DNA of 64,000 nucleotides, from positions 35,588,001-35,652,000 of the forward strand of contig OZ287759.1 in assembly GCA_965649765.1 (NCBI GenBank), given 5' to 3'. Below the pieces are notes generated by a model. It was not told the DNA's origin. It worked only from the letters and a program-made list of their open reading frames with translations, and made no database searches. The stretch comes from Bispira polyomma (taxonomy: Eukaryota). Below are positions 1 through 13,350 of this stretch, one piece after another. Positions within the stretch are counted from its first letter, which is position 1. Each line of letters starts with the position of its first letter. The translations under genes and the position numbers were made by a program.

Positions 1-337
1 TAATAAGCATGAATAGTTCACAGCTGCTATTGTTTGAAGTCTTTCTAATTTAACCATATTCCTAAAAGATCAAAATTTTGTTGAACATTTATTGTAAATA
101 TGACAAATAAACCTTGCTGTAATGTAGCTCCACACTTGTCGTATTTCAATTATTTTGCCTGTACCCAAATGACATCAGTAAGTATTACAGCCTATAGCAA
201 TAGGATTTGGTTGACTTACATGAACCATGGTACCAGAACCCAAAATATAGTGTCACGAATGTTTCACGTATACATGTATCATGTATATTGATTATTTAAC
301 TGCATGGAGGGGCGGGCAGTGGTGGCCTAGGTTAGAA

Positions 338-580
338 TTTGAATTTGGATATTTAACGTCCACTCCTGTTTAGGTTATATTGGGACAGGTAGTTGGAAAC
401 GCTGAAGGAAACACTGCATACAGTTGATCAAGGTTCTGCACTGAAACCAGCAGCCCACAGTAAGGAACTACCACCTTTCCCACATAGGCATCGACAGGAT
501 TTAAACTCACGCCGCCCAGAGGTGAGAGACCAGTGATTGTGAAGCGCAATGCTTGCTAACGACTAGGCCACCGTGGCCCC
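338..580 (-). mobile_element. tRNA-derived SINE, young family A (copy 1)
   Basis: Near-identical to copies at 7373, 17851, 43030 and 52874. tRNA-like head with A-box TGGCCTAGT(C/G)G and a B-box-like GAGTTT(A/G)AATCC, (AAATTC)n tail, target-site duplication GGCCTAGGTTAGAA at 324-337 and 581-594. Confidence 0.9.
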
Positions 581-3500
581 GGCCTAGGTTAGAAGCACCT
601 GTTTTACAATAAGCCTACGCTTCCTTTCATCCTTTCAGCGTGTTTTGATCGGCCCTCATTACACATTACCATTACAACATTACACCCTCATTACACATTA
701 CCATTACGACCTAGTGCTAACCACTACGCCACTGAGCCTCCCTCCCCCCCATTTTCCCTTCGAAGACATGTCGATGGCATATAAAGCTTCAATTCATATA
801 TAAGTTGATATCATATATTGTTGGGACAATACCCTCGTCTTAGATCATGTTTTCAGTTCAGTACTATTCACTGAAATGACCTATTACATCTATTTACATG
901 AAATTTGATGGGTGTATAAGCCGAGGAAGAATCTGTCTATACTTTTGAGCAGTTACAGGTAAAAGGGGACATCAAGGATATTTTTCAGGACACTTTGGCA
1001 CCCTAGCGGAGGTATGTGCTCTACTGGGTGGCCTTTTAGGTAAAAACATTTTGTCACTTATATATCATTAAGTATGCCATGTCCTGATCATGGCAAATAT
1101 TGGTTATAAATTGGTTGTCTATGTAAAAGTAGTAAATATAATCAATATTAGGTCAATCATCAATACATATACCGCACCAGCTGAAGCTTTGTTGATGTAG
1201 TCATGTGATTAGTGTGACATCGAATACAGCTAAGATTTCCTGGGCATCAGACCTTCGTTGTAAGATTTATTGTCTCTTTTATTGGATCATCAATACAGGG
1301 TCACAAGATAGATTTGCCAGTGTTGGTTATTGTTTACTCCATTTTATAATTTTACAAGTTTTTTAAATATTCTAGTTTCTTTTCTTTGGGGTTTACAAAA
1401 ATTACAAGACATACAAAGTGGTTTATATAAACAATATACACAAGTTACATTCACACTTTGGCAACGTTTGAACAAAAAAATCCCCAGAAATTAGATACAA
1501 AATGTAATTATAAACATCTTTGTATCATATCACAACATGGCAGTTGACTGATGAAGAGAACCAGTACATGTAAGCTGGTCAAGATTTCTGTACTCTAAAC
1601 CGGATCATATGGAGTCCACTGTCAAACGTTCCCACATATTATGTCAGGGCCAGATTTGAACCCATAGCCACACATGTAGGAGGAGAGAGTGTTACAGCCA
1701 CACTGACTAAGGTCCCCCTGTTTCTGCTAAGAGGACCACAAGGTCACATTTATATACACAGTGGTATACTTTGTGCTTTCATTAAAGTTACCTTTAATTT
1801 TACCTACTAATATGTTGCCTTCAGTGACAGATTTGCAACTTTGTTAAAGTTAGAGGAATCCAAACAGTAAAATTTTTAAATGTATTCCTGGGAATAAATT
1901 TGGATGGTAATAATTTGGTTATAAGACTATGCAAAAAGAGGTTTGGCAGTTTTAAAATTTCAGTAAATTTAAAATTTTTGACCTTATCATATGTTATGGG
2001 TGTACATAGAAAACTACTGACGTGTACAACAATATTATTCTCAAACACTTCTTTTACTGTCTTAATGGACTTTTCCTTCCACATTATACCTCTCATCTCA
2101 ACCAACACCATAGAACGTGACCTCTGCTATTCGCAAGGTCAATATCACAGTACCTCTGTCTATATTTTAATAAATGCATTTAATTGATGGGAACTGTAGG
2201 GATAAGAAAAATGATATATAGCACTTTGACTAATATCTTGCTCTGAGAATGTAATGTACGAAACAAACCAACTCTTATGGATAAATACTAAATAGATGAA
2301 GATCTAAACAAGAAATAGGTAGCCTAATTAAAACTTCATTTTTGTCCAATAAAACTGCCATGTAAAAATTGGTAGAACCAACATACACAAACAGAACAAA
2401 TACATAGTCAAATTAATCACGAATTAAGAGAGTAATTATCTCTTCACGCGACAAAGTGTGTTGGTTTCTAAATCAGATTAACTCCACCACTCTCCATCCA
2501 AGGCTATAACGACTGCACAGACCTCTCTTTATTAGTGACTATTTGAACTCTGATATACAGAGAAAAGGAGCATCAATGTTGAGATATTAAGCCACCAGAT
2601 CTAATCATCAAAAGGACCCACCAGCACATACACACACACATATACATGCAGAGTTGACTACTCACATAACATCACACACCGGCCATTACTTCTCGCTGAG
2701 TGAGATTAATTAAAATTCAACCCACTGCTTAAACTTCTGCAGGTAGACAGGTCTCCATAATCGTGAGAGTTGGGGTCTGGTCTTACAGAGGAATCCATTA
2801 ATATGCTGAAATGTGTCAGTGCACGCAAATAGGCCCTCAAGGCTTTTTGACTGAATTTATAATGTATAATATCCCGCCTCAGGTAACAAGAGCTTGTAGT
2901 TCATTCATGCAATATGATGGATTTTTTTTTTGGGGGGGGTCATTTAATTTTATTACTCACCCTTAGTTTTTTGCCTATTTTCAGACACACACACAAAAAA
3001 ACAACAACACATTAGTTAAAACCCTGGAAACATTTGAACTAATTTTAGTCAATCTTTAGACATATTTTACTCTTCTACAAACTACAAAGGCTGGCACAAT
3101 TTTTTTAAAATTTAACTGTTTGTTTTATGGTTGAAATATAGAAAAAGTCTTTATGTTTCACTTTAAGTCACACAGTAAATTCTTTTTTTATCAGATATAG
3201 CAACATTTGTGGACCCATATGAAATATTGTTGATGTGTATCACAAAGAAAAGAATCTTCATACAACATTTTCTACATATGACTTGCATACACGACTGGAA
3301 TTTTACAAGGCGCTTTCTAAAGTGTTGCCAAAACTACTTTAATTGAAGGTTGTTCCAAGTTTTAGGTAACATTTTTTTTTTCATCAAGGCTGTTTTCTAA
3401 TTTGCTTTCAGAACCATGTTTCATCCAAAATGACCTGCTAGACTTGGCAGTATGTTTTGCCAATAGAAAGACAAAAAATATTGTCTGCAGACTTTTCAAA

Positions 3501-3998
3501 AACTATTGGTAACTCACTGAGGTGCTCATAAACTATAAGCATAAAGCAAGCAGCAGAGGAGAAGATTTGAATCAAAATTGGTGGAACCACTTGAAGTGGC
3601 AGATGAAAGTCAAGGAGCATTTAGTAGACCTTGCTAGTAGTAAAAGGTAGACTAGGTTTGAGTACAATGGTAAACCAAGTGTCACTGTATTTCTGATAGA
3701 GAATTTATTTTATGCCAGGACTAAAGGACTAACAAGTGTTATATATGGTAGACTTTCATATATGGTGCAGAGAGCCATATCTTTGACCCTTTTAGTGTGG
3801 CAAGGCAAATATAATCTGGATTATTACAGAAGAGCCACTTGAAGTGCATCAAATATCTTTGTGAGGGTAAGATTATGTGGCATAAATTACAATAGCTATA
3901 ATCTAGAACTAGAAAAGCTATACAGTCAAGAAGATAACTAAACTGCAAGTATGTTCGATATACTTTTTTCATTTTTACTGATCGGTTTGTGTTCGGGG

Positions 3999-4198
3999 NN
4001 NNNNNNNNNNNNNNNNNNNNNNNNNNNNNNNNNNNNNNNNNNNNNNNNNNNNNNNNNNNNNNNNNNNNNNNNNNNNNNNNNNNNNNNNNNNNNNNNNNNN
4101 NNNNNNNNNNNNNNNNNNNNNNNNNNNNNNNNNNNNNNNNNNNNNNNNNNNNNNNNNNNNNNNNNNNNNNNNNNNNNNNNNNNNNNNNNNNNNNNNNN
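3999..4198. other. assembly gap (200 N)
   Basis: Run of N in the sequence. Confidence 1.
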
Positions 4199-4202
4199 AT
4201 AA

Positions 4203-7200
4203 CTCCCAAGTAAGGGACCACATCTATCCCTTCATCCATTGTCATCATCCTCCAAACTATCCATCCAGCCACTGGGAGTGAAACCGTTACTGTGAAACCA
4301 GTTTATGGGCAAACTTACCTGAACTCAAAGCCGGCAACATCTACCAACAATAAAGTTGCAGGACCGTCAGTCGTAAACGGAAAGTACACATTCGCACAGG
4401 TAAACCAAGCAAATACCAACAACGGTAAGAATGTCAATCCCATCCTGGTGGCGTTGCCAAATCTGGGGAACCTGTTGTACAAGTATGCCAAGAGGCAGGT
4501 GGAAACCCAGAAGACACCTGTTTATAATCAGAATTTGTACCACATGTTTGGGAGACAGACCTATGGTCCCATGCCAGTACCCACTGCTACATCATACACA
4601 GCAACAGCCCACCAGCAACAACAGCTGCAACAGCAGCAGCAAAAGCAACCACAGCAACCCTCTGCCTACTCACAACAACAGTACCCTCTTCTTCCTCCTC
4701 TAGTAATACTAAATATGGTAATACCCCCACGAGCAATGCCATATACAGAACCAAATCGCAACACACCCACCAGCCACAAGTCAACTATAGACCAGTACCT
4801 CAAGCACCTCAGTATCAGCAGCAGGGATATGCTGCACAAATGTCTGCTAATACTGGTTATCAGTCACAAGCCAGATCAGGAACTAGTGGTGGATACAACG
4901 CCCAGGCCTCATCCAGAGGGATCCAGTATGTTGCACTACCAGCTCCTCAACCAACACCAACGCAAATGTCATATTCAGGTAAGAAATATGACCATTTATC
5001 AAGCATATATTCTTACATTCCTCGTGGATACGCTTAACTTACTTTTAAATCTATAATAATTTGAATTTAATAAATATATATATGTATATTCTTGTTATAC
5101 TTATTTCTTAATATATTTGTTCCACAAGTCTTTATAACTAGTATATTTGGTAAAGATGTTTAACTAAGGCAAATTGAACAATATACTGGGGGGTGCTTAA
5201 ATTTCCTCTCATATGCAATATTGTTTATTTTTTAAATAAGAAAATCTTTATTGTTGGCGTATATTTCATTTTGATGTTAAGAACTGTTTATTAGTAGCTA
5301 TGGCATAGGGACTCAGTTCTGCAATCCTAGGTTTACCGGAAGTAAACAGATGGCATGCACTAAATCCAAAAACTTGACACACAGAAGAACTACCACAAGA
5401 CATCATTAATCCTAAGAACCCTAATGTTAATGTATTTTATGAAACTTCACATTTTATCCACTCCCTTATCTGCAGACACATCTGGTAACATCCACATTGG
5501 AGGTGGCTATGGTGATGCACCATCAGGGGGAGACTGGGGAGGCATGCTCTACATCTCTGGACCAGCTGAGGAAATTGTCAATGTCATACACAAACAGCAG
5601 CAAATGCCAACAGGGTAAGCACAGTGTGTACACATACAAAACAATTCTGGTCAAGTGAGTTTTTGAATTTAGGTTTAGAGTTTAATATGTCACTTTCAAA
5701 AGCTTAAGTCATATCATGCTGGCCAGATTCACTTCAAACAAAGTACACCATGTGAAATACACGGAAAGTTAATATGGCAACTATATAATCAGGCAGGCTG
5801 CACCAGATAACAATAAATCTGACATCCCTCAGTTTGGCCGGTAACAGTTTGATTGCTTCCAACGAATCTATGAATGCCTTACTTATTTTCTATGATGGCG
5901 TCGCCCTTTTCAGAATGAAAACAATTTCAGGTTGCATGTGATATTAAAGGGGATAACATGGAAATCCCTCTGCAAGGCAATAACTTACATATAAGACATT
6001 CCAGCACTGAATTCATATATGCAGTTTTTTGTGCGTGTCTGCACTCTCGCCAGAGATAGGGAAACCCCATAGAATGTAGCTGGAGTTGATCTTCAGATGT
6101 TGGGGGAAAAATACAAACTCAAAAACTAATTTTAGAAAACAATTGTAAATTATTGAATAAATAGCATTTAAGAAAGTTGCCTACATATATTATGCTATTC
6201 ATAAAATTAAATTATGCAAATGAGTGATATTCCATGTATCTCAGGGAAGATGTTGCTTATTTCTTTTGCAGCAGATCAATGTGAAATATATTTTGTGATA
6301 CATTATAAACCCCAACCCCAAATCACAGGTTTGACTGGTGTTAAAACTGAATAGATGGTATAGGATGTAACCTAAAATGAAAACAAATAGTATATACTTT
6401 TTGTCATTCCTAAATGTTTTATCTGTATTTCATTAATAGGTTGAGCTCCCCATCACTGACCAGATATACACCAGATGTGGTCCAGCTCAATGGAGACACT
6501 TCCAGTAAGTACTACATTACATGTCAATACACTTAGAAAATAATTTCCATAGCTTAAGGTCACTTGTCAATACCTTTATATTATATATTGGGGAAACTGC
6601 CATCCTTCTGCAAGTCTTCTATCAAATTTCCAACATACATGCCGCGGATCTGAGATCTGAACCCATGAGTGCAAAAGTGGATGGCCAGAGTTTTACCTCA
6701 AAAGCCTGTTGAAGGTGGTTATGTGTTTTTGACCAATGTCGGCTGCTTAATTTGTGTGTCACCAGGATGACGTAAAAGCTACTGAAATAAATGCATATAC
6801 AATTTGACAGAAGGATGGGACATCCATTAATCATTTTAGTTAAGATGGTATAAACTATTTCTATCACTTGTGTAAGACTACTGGTAGATCCATAATTTCA
6901 ATTTGAATTTAGGTTTTGGGTTTTATGTCGCTTTCAAAACCTTAGGTCATATCATGTTAGCTAGATTCAATGGTGAAAGATACTAACTCTGAACCACTGC
7001 AAACCACTCAACCTAAGACAAGTACCTGACAAAATTTACCACATAAAGAGCGAACATGATTCAATCCCACATTAGTGAGAGTCCAGTGATTGTGAAACAG
7101 GTGCTTCTAACCACTAGGCCACTACAGCCCTTAAAATATATGTATGGCAACTCACATATAACTTCACTCAGACATGTATGTATTTAGGTGAAAATCAACA

Positions 7201-8743
7201 AGTGTATACTTATTTAAACTATTTAAAGCAATTCTATACTTCCCAGCTGATGACAAGATATGCTCTAAGTTGCTTGTTCTTCCACATTCTAATGATAGCC
7301 CTACAGTTAACTAATTGATTGTCATCGCAAGACACTCTTTGCTTTCTGTAATAAAAGTTCACCGTGTTTGTAGGGGCCGCGGTGGCCTAGTGGTTAGCAA
7401 GCATTGTGCTTCACAATCACTGGTCTCTCAACTCTGGGCGGCGTGAGTTTGAATCCTGTCGATGCCTATGTGGGAAAGGTGGTAGTTCCTTACTGTGGGC
7501 CGCTGGTTTCAGTGCATAACCTTGATCAACTGTATGCAGTGTTTCCTCCAGCGTTTCCATACTACCCGTCCAAATATAACCTAAACAGGTACTAGAGTGG
7601 ACGTTAAATATCCAAATTAAAAAAAGAAAAATCACCATGTTTGTATGAGCTAAAAGGAAAAAGTCTGATAACCCAGAGAAACACAGCCACTAGATATGCC
7701 TGGAAATATGATTTTTTTCTCTCTCTAACTGAACTTATAATGAACACTTGTAGAGTATTCTTTTTACATCTACAATGTACACATTTTCCCTGTATGGTAC
7801 AGTTTTCATCTTGTCAAGTCCAATGACTGTTTACCCTAATGACCCCTGTCAAATGACCAGGACTTGGATACTGGCAACTTTCACACCATTGCATCACCAC
7901 AATATAACTTGAACAAATCATGAACTATTTAGTAGCACAATTTATATTTCAAGTTGTTGTTGTATGTTTTCTCTTTCCTTGTTTTGATGTATTGTTCTTA
8001 ACTGTTAATCTTTTTATGTATTTGTCTGATCCAGGTTTTGGGAAATCTATTGGAGCAGGTACAACCTGTGGCACTGTACCAGGTGAGAATTTGATGTATA
8101 TATATATATATATATTATAAGTACCTGTTTATACATACATTTCATTGTACTTGAGTGGAAGGAAAACTATAACCAAGTAATGCATGTAATGTATACAGCT
8201 CTCCTATAGAATTGGAAATTAATACATTTAATTATATTTCGTTAAATTTTAAACTAATTTGGAGGAAATAGATTTCCACTACTGGACAATTATTCTCATC
8301 CGTATGAGTTGTACAGATCTTTACTGTTATAGACCATTTCGACATGCTATTTATATTCTTGCTAACAATATTTCTATTCCATAACAATGCTAACTTAGCG
8401 CAAGTCGAGATTACATAATTTGTACTGGAAATACAAGTCTTATTATTTTTTTTAAATCTCTTACATATCTGAATATACAATTCTAAGTCATCACATTATA
8501 AATTATCATCATAATTTCTCATATATCTGTAACATTATTTTATCACATGTATGTATATAACCAATCTATATTACAGGTGCTTTCTGCAGAGATCGTATGC
8601 CTGGCCACTACACGAACCCTGGAAGCTTCCATTGTTTCATCCAGTGTGACGCCTTTGGTAGGGGATACAACAAGGAGTGTGCCCCGGGCACATCCTGGAA
8701 AACCCAGGGTCCAGAGCCTGCTCTTTACAACATGTGCGCCTAG
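4203..8743 (+). CDS. Q/P/Y/G/S-rich low-complexity protein with C-terminal chitin-binding (CBM14/peritrophin-A-like) domain; 5' end lost in the gap
   Basis: Phase-consistent GT-AG exons: <4203-4978 (two apparent 1-nt deletions near 4285 and 4685), 5476-5614, 6440-6504, 8035-8082, 8577-8743 (TAG). The last exons read GTTCGTVP|GAFCRDRMPGHYTNPGSFHCFIQCDAFGRGYNKECAPGTSWKTQGPEPALYNMCA*, matching the CBM14-type pattern C..G.Y..P...CF..C..G....C..GT.W...C. Confidence 0.75.
5790..5960 (+). repeat. unclassified interspersed repeat (related copies near 38090-38260 +, 35130-35290 -, 45080-45270 -, 55470-55680 -)
   Basis: Shared segments such as GATTGCTTCCAAC..ATGAATGCCTTAC..TTTTCAGAATGAAAACAA..TCAGG recur in both orientations. 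Confidence 0.6.
6895..7130 (-). mobile_element. older tRNA-derived SINE (Meta-domain-like)
   Basis: Reverse complement has a GGGCTGTAGTGGCCTAGTGGTTAGAAGC head, a central TTTGTCAGGTACTTG block, ATATGACCTAAG and an (AAATTC) tail. Confidence 0.7.
7373..7620 (+). mobile_element. tRNA-derived SINE, young family A (copy 2)
   Basis: GGGGCCGCGGTGGCCTAGTGGTTAGC head; flanking duplication TCACC(G/A)TGTTTGTA; lies in an intron of the chitin-binding gene. Confidence 0.9.
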
Positions 8744-8757
8744 ATCTACATAACACC

Positions 8758-8993
8758 AGGGGCCGCCGTATTCTCCCGAAAGAATTTTAAACTCAGACTC
8801 AACTTAAATGAAGGTTGTGTGGAAGTCCTTGTATATGGAGATAACCTCTACTTGTAACCATTCATTTTAATAGAGCTTTCAGTGCTGAATTTAACTGCAC
8901 ACTTATATTTGACTTAACTCCACCACTAGCCATAGATATGTTGACTCTAAATGTGAGCTTGAGTCTGATTTTAAGATCTTTCGAGAATATGGC
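8758..8993. mobile_element. MITE (non-autonomous DNA transposon) just 3' of the stop codon
   Basis: Inverted ends GCCGTATTCTC..GAAAGAATTTTAAACTCAGACTCAA and TTGAGTCTGATTTTAAGATCTTTCGAGAATATGGC; related copy near 54760-55020. Confidence 0.6.
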
Positions 8994-10629
8994 AAAAAAA
9001 ATTCTTATGTCTGAGTGAAAAAAAAAAACATTTCTCTTCCTGTGTCACACTGGGAACTTGAAATGAAATCAAGGCCCCTGTCTCACAAAAGGGGTACAAA
9101 ATTTGAAGTAGGGTACAATAACTACTATATAGTATCCTACTCGGTATGTTCTCATTGAACAGATGTAAAATAGCAAGTTCAGGGATCCAGTATTCTTGAA
9201 CCTAAACACAACTCAATCTCCTACTCAAATCGTGACTTTATGTAACTCTGGATACAGTAAAGATTATCTAAAATCTCACTTCATATTTTAATTCAGTGCA
9301 GAAAGCTGTATTAAAGTAAATAGTCACAAGTATATGTTATGTCCATGTACACTGATACCCATCATAGCCTGTATTTGAGTGGAGTATGGATTTAAAAAAT
9401 GGGTTTTATTTAGAGAATACCCGCTCGGTATATTAGAAATAAAATCCTGACAAAAAATATAACCAACTCACTTCAGATCCGAGGTTAGAAATCAGGCTGT
9501 ACATTATATATCATATTTCTAACCTTTGATCTAAGGTTATGATTTTATATCTAAACTTGTATATGTACATATACAACTATGTATTATAGATGAATTCATA
9601 CAAATTCTGCGCAGAAATTTGTTGGTTGACTCTAACCTTTGAATTTAGATCATCTTTGAAGGATAAATGTCTTGATTTTAACTTAAACCTAATGTGGGAT
9701 TCACAATATGACGGTATGGAGAGGCAGTAAGTAAAGTTATGGAAATCGCCTTGTCATGCGCGGAAGCCCATCTATAATTTAACTTCAGCTTCCTTCCCGA
9801 ATCTTCTACAGTCGGTCATGCAAGGCAACAGGTTTGGACATGTTCAGAAAAATCCTTCGGCCCATTTTTAACTATTTCCAAATCACTACTATAACTCTTT
9901 AGGGCCAGTAATAGCCTGTTTTTGTCTGTTTCTATCTGTGAAACTTATCTGGACAAGTTTCTCTCCATAGGAGAGGGTATATTTCCCCCTAGATGGATCA
10001 GGTGTAAAGACAAGTTACAATACCTTCTGGTACAGCCAACCATAATCGCAATATGTGAATAGAGCAAAGACTTCATATAATGCTTTTTCTCTAGCAATTT
10101 ATATTTGGTAATTTTTAAGAAAACGTTGGCAGTATGCATCGTATACTTGGTTGCTTTCAGCAGATGTTCAATTGTGTCACTCAATATTTAAATCTATGGG
10201 ATTTAGTCAATATTTACTGTTCGAGGGGCATCAATGCAGGGTATTGTGTAATAATTGTATATTTTATTGTACATTTTAATGCACTTTATTGATATGTGGC
10301 ATCTTCTAAAGCACATTATAAAGACCGAAAATACACATAGAACACAAAAGCCGTCAGGGCACAATTCATAGCCGTACTTTATCTGGGAGAATAAAGTATG
10401 GATAAATAGTTCCGTTATAGCAACTACAAAAATAGTTCACTGTAAATTGGAAAATATCTTATTATTTGCTTTAAAATATACTATTGTCAGTCTTTATAAA
10501 AGACATAAAGTACTCGGGCTCGTACTTTATTGGCGAATAAAGGACGGCCTTCCGGCTCTCGTCCATTATTCCACTGTAAGTCAGTCCTTTATTCACCAAT
10601 AAAGTACGCACCCTAAAGTCCTTTTTTCT

Positions 10630-10950
10630 ACAACAATAGAATTAATCAACCAATCATGTGTCCTATAACATGTAGCCTGCGCCGTAGTCAGTTGAGTATT
10701 CACAACTTGCCCCAGGGATGTTACCAATGTACGTAGTAGCATTATTAGAAGTGGAACCGGAACCTTCCAATAACCAGACAAACTTCCACCACTGGTAGTT
10801 GAACCATAGATCTTCTGATCACCAGACCAAGTCCTGACATAGAGTTAAACCATAGACCTTCTGATCACCAGACCAAATCCTGACATAGAGTTAAACCATA
10901 GACCTTCTGATCCCCGGACCAAGTCCCTAACCAATGGGCCATTGGAGACC
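10630..10950 (-). mobile_element. SINE family B with an internally triplicated ~44-bp tRNA-like segment
   Basis: Three copies of AACCATAGA(C/T)CTTCTGATC(A/C)CC(A/G)GACCAA at about 10802, 10846 and 10893. Same head type as at 33090-33140. Confidence 0.55.
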
Positions 10951-11259
10951 ACAATTAAAGAATGTGTACATATATTTTGTGTATCTTCAAAAGGTATTCG
11001 ACATAATTTACAGAGAAACTTATTTCTTAATCAATGGTTTTTGGTTATCGAATATTGATGGTATTTCATGTATAAGGGGTTTGTGTACACATAATAAGCT
11101 TATTTTATATAAATCTGCTGTCTCAAAGCTTTGTGTATAATGACTAATCACTATAATTTAGTTCTTAATAACTACATTTCTGGTTTCTACACTTTTATTA
11201 TTTTGTTCTTGGAATGTATAATATTATTATGACTCACTATTAAGAGTGAACATTTCAAA

Positions 11260-11660
11260 AGCATTTCAACTATTGAATGCTTTTAGTGCTCTACAATGTA
11301 ATAGCAAAGAGTCAATATATAAAAGATTGGTATGAGATATATTTAAAAATACAAAAAGGGAAATTAGTGTCAATTCTATGCAAGAATGTTTTTAATGGTT
11401 TTTTAAATTCTGTTGGGAGTCTATCTCCTGAAGTTTTCCAGGTAACCTATTCCACAGCTTAGGAACAAAATTGTGAAAACATCTGTCTCCAAACTTTGAC
11501 TTTGTTCTGGTTTCACAAAATTGAGTTACCACATAAGATGAGCGAGTGTAGTGAAAGGAAAACCTGAGTGGTGGTAGGAGATCTGTCAAATAGGATGGGG
11601 CTTGTCCCTTAATAGAGTTGAAGATCATAACTAAGTCCTTGAATAGGATTCTCTTCCAGT
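11260..11660 (-). mobile_element. L2/CR1-clade LINE 3' fragment
   Basis: ORF 11392-11691 (-) contains KGQAPSYLTDLL...KSKFGDRCF...PKLWNRLP, typical of the L2/CR1 ORF2 C-terminus. Confidence 0.8.
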
Positions 11661-12606
11661 TTTTGGATGACAAATATTGTTGATTTGTCATGTATAACGG
11701 TTTTGTATACTGATAATAACCTTATTTTATATTAATCTGCTGTCTCAAAGCTTTGTGTATAATTACTAATTACTATTTTTTTTAATAACTACATTACTGG
11801 TTGTCTACGCTTACAGCGCTTTTGTTCTTGGAATGTAGAATATTATTATGAATATTTCTATTAATCACATAAAACAGGCACATTTGTGCAGAGCCTTTTA
11901 TCTGTCATATATTTTTTGGGAAATCTTTTTCTACTTTCTAACCTTCACAGAACCTGAAATACAAACATAATTTGTTATGTATTTTTGTGTTTACCACTAT
12001 AACATAGAGTTTGATCAACATATCCCATCTCTCTCCAAGAGACAAGTTATCTTGGATGACTATATATTTGATAGATAGTTCTGTTTGGTTACAGAATATT
12101 GCTTCTAGAACAGCAAGGATTTTTAAACACATAACTAAATATATATGTAACTGTCTTTTACTTTGTTTTGTTGACGTAAACACTTTTTAATTGCTATAAA
12201 TAATATAACAGATTTATATATTGATTTATTTTGATAAAAAAATAAAAATCAGGGCACATTTCAGATTATTCACAAATAGGTATTATGGTACAATTTGATA
12301 ACATTTTAGATAAAAGAGTCTTGAAAAATATAGATTTTGAAATTTAAATTTTGTAATTCTGCCATGTCTACACTTCGTCTATGTAAAAAAAGGTTTACAT
12401 CAATTAAATTTTGTAACAAAGTTTTTGCAATGTCTATTCCGTCTATGTAAAAAGGTTTACAGTAATTTTGTTTCTTTTTAACGGTCTTTATGAAATAAAT
12501 TATTCTCTACTATGTATGTTTTTCTTCAGTATCGTTTACTGTTTAACTTTATTAAATCCTTAATATAATCCGGTAATATAATCACATTAAAGACTTGTAC
12601 ATGCCT

Positions 12607-12930
12607 CCTGGAAATGTGGAGGTACCACACATGGAAATGTGGAGGTACCACAGGTGGAAATGTGAAGGGAGGTACCACATGTGGAAATGTGGAGGGAGGT
12701 ACCACAAGTAGATATGTGGAGGGAAGTACCACACGTGGAAATATGAAGGAAGGTATCACAGTGGAAATGTGGATGTACCACAGTTGCAAATGTGGAGATA
12801 CCACACACGGAAGTGTGGAGGTACCACACGTGGATATGTCGAGGTACCACACATAAAAAAGTAGAGGTACCACAGGTGAAAATGTGGAGGTACCACAGGT
12901 AGAAATCTGGAGGTACCACAGTTGGAGGTG
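12607..12930. repeat. minisatellite, ~20-25-bp unit GGTACCACA(C)GTGGAAATGTGGA
   Basis: About 13 degenerate tandem copies visible. Confidence 0.9.
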
Positions 12931-12989
12931 GTATAATATATGGATGTTATAGTGAAAAAAAAGCTGATTTATTTTTCTTTGAAACAACA

Positions 12990-13350
12990 ACCACTTACCT
13001 GAAAGAGAAGATAAATGCCAAACAAAACACTGAAACACTGACCACTTATCTAAAAAAGAAGATAAATGCTAAACAAAACACTGAAACACTGACCACTTAT
13101 CTAAAAAAGGAGATAAATGCTAAACAAAACACTGGAACACTGACCACTTATCTAAAAAAAGAAGATAAATGCCAAACAAAACACTGAAACACTGACCACT
13201 TATCTAAAAAAAAGAAGATAAATGCTAAGCAAAACACTGAAACACTGACCACTTATCTAAAAAAGAAAATAAATGCCAAACAAAACACTGAAACACTGAC
13301 CACTTTACTAAAAGGACATAATGCTAAAAAAAACATTGAAACACCCACCA
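12990..13350. repeat. 51-53-bp tandem repeat
   Basis: CCACTTA starts at 12991, 13042, 13093, 13144, 13196, 13249; CCACTT at 13300. Confidence 0.9.

Noticed and set aside
3739-4272. ORFs spanning the N run
   Set aside because: Artefacts of the assembly gap.
7373-7460. tRNA genes
   Set aside because: The tRNA-like heads run into SINE bodies with tails and TSDs and lack a proper acceptor stem or terminator.
12526-13038. Repetitive ORFs (170, 110 and 80 aa)
   Set aside because: Products of the ~22-bp minisatellite.
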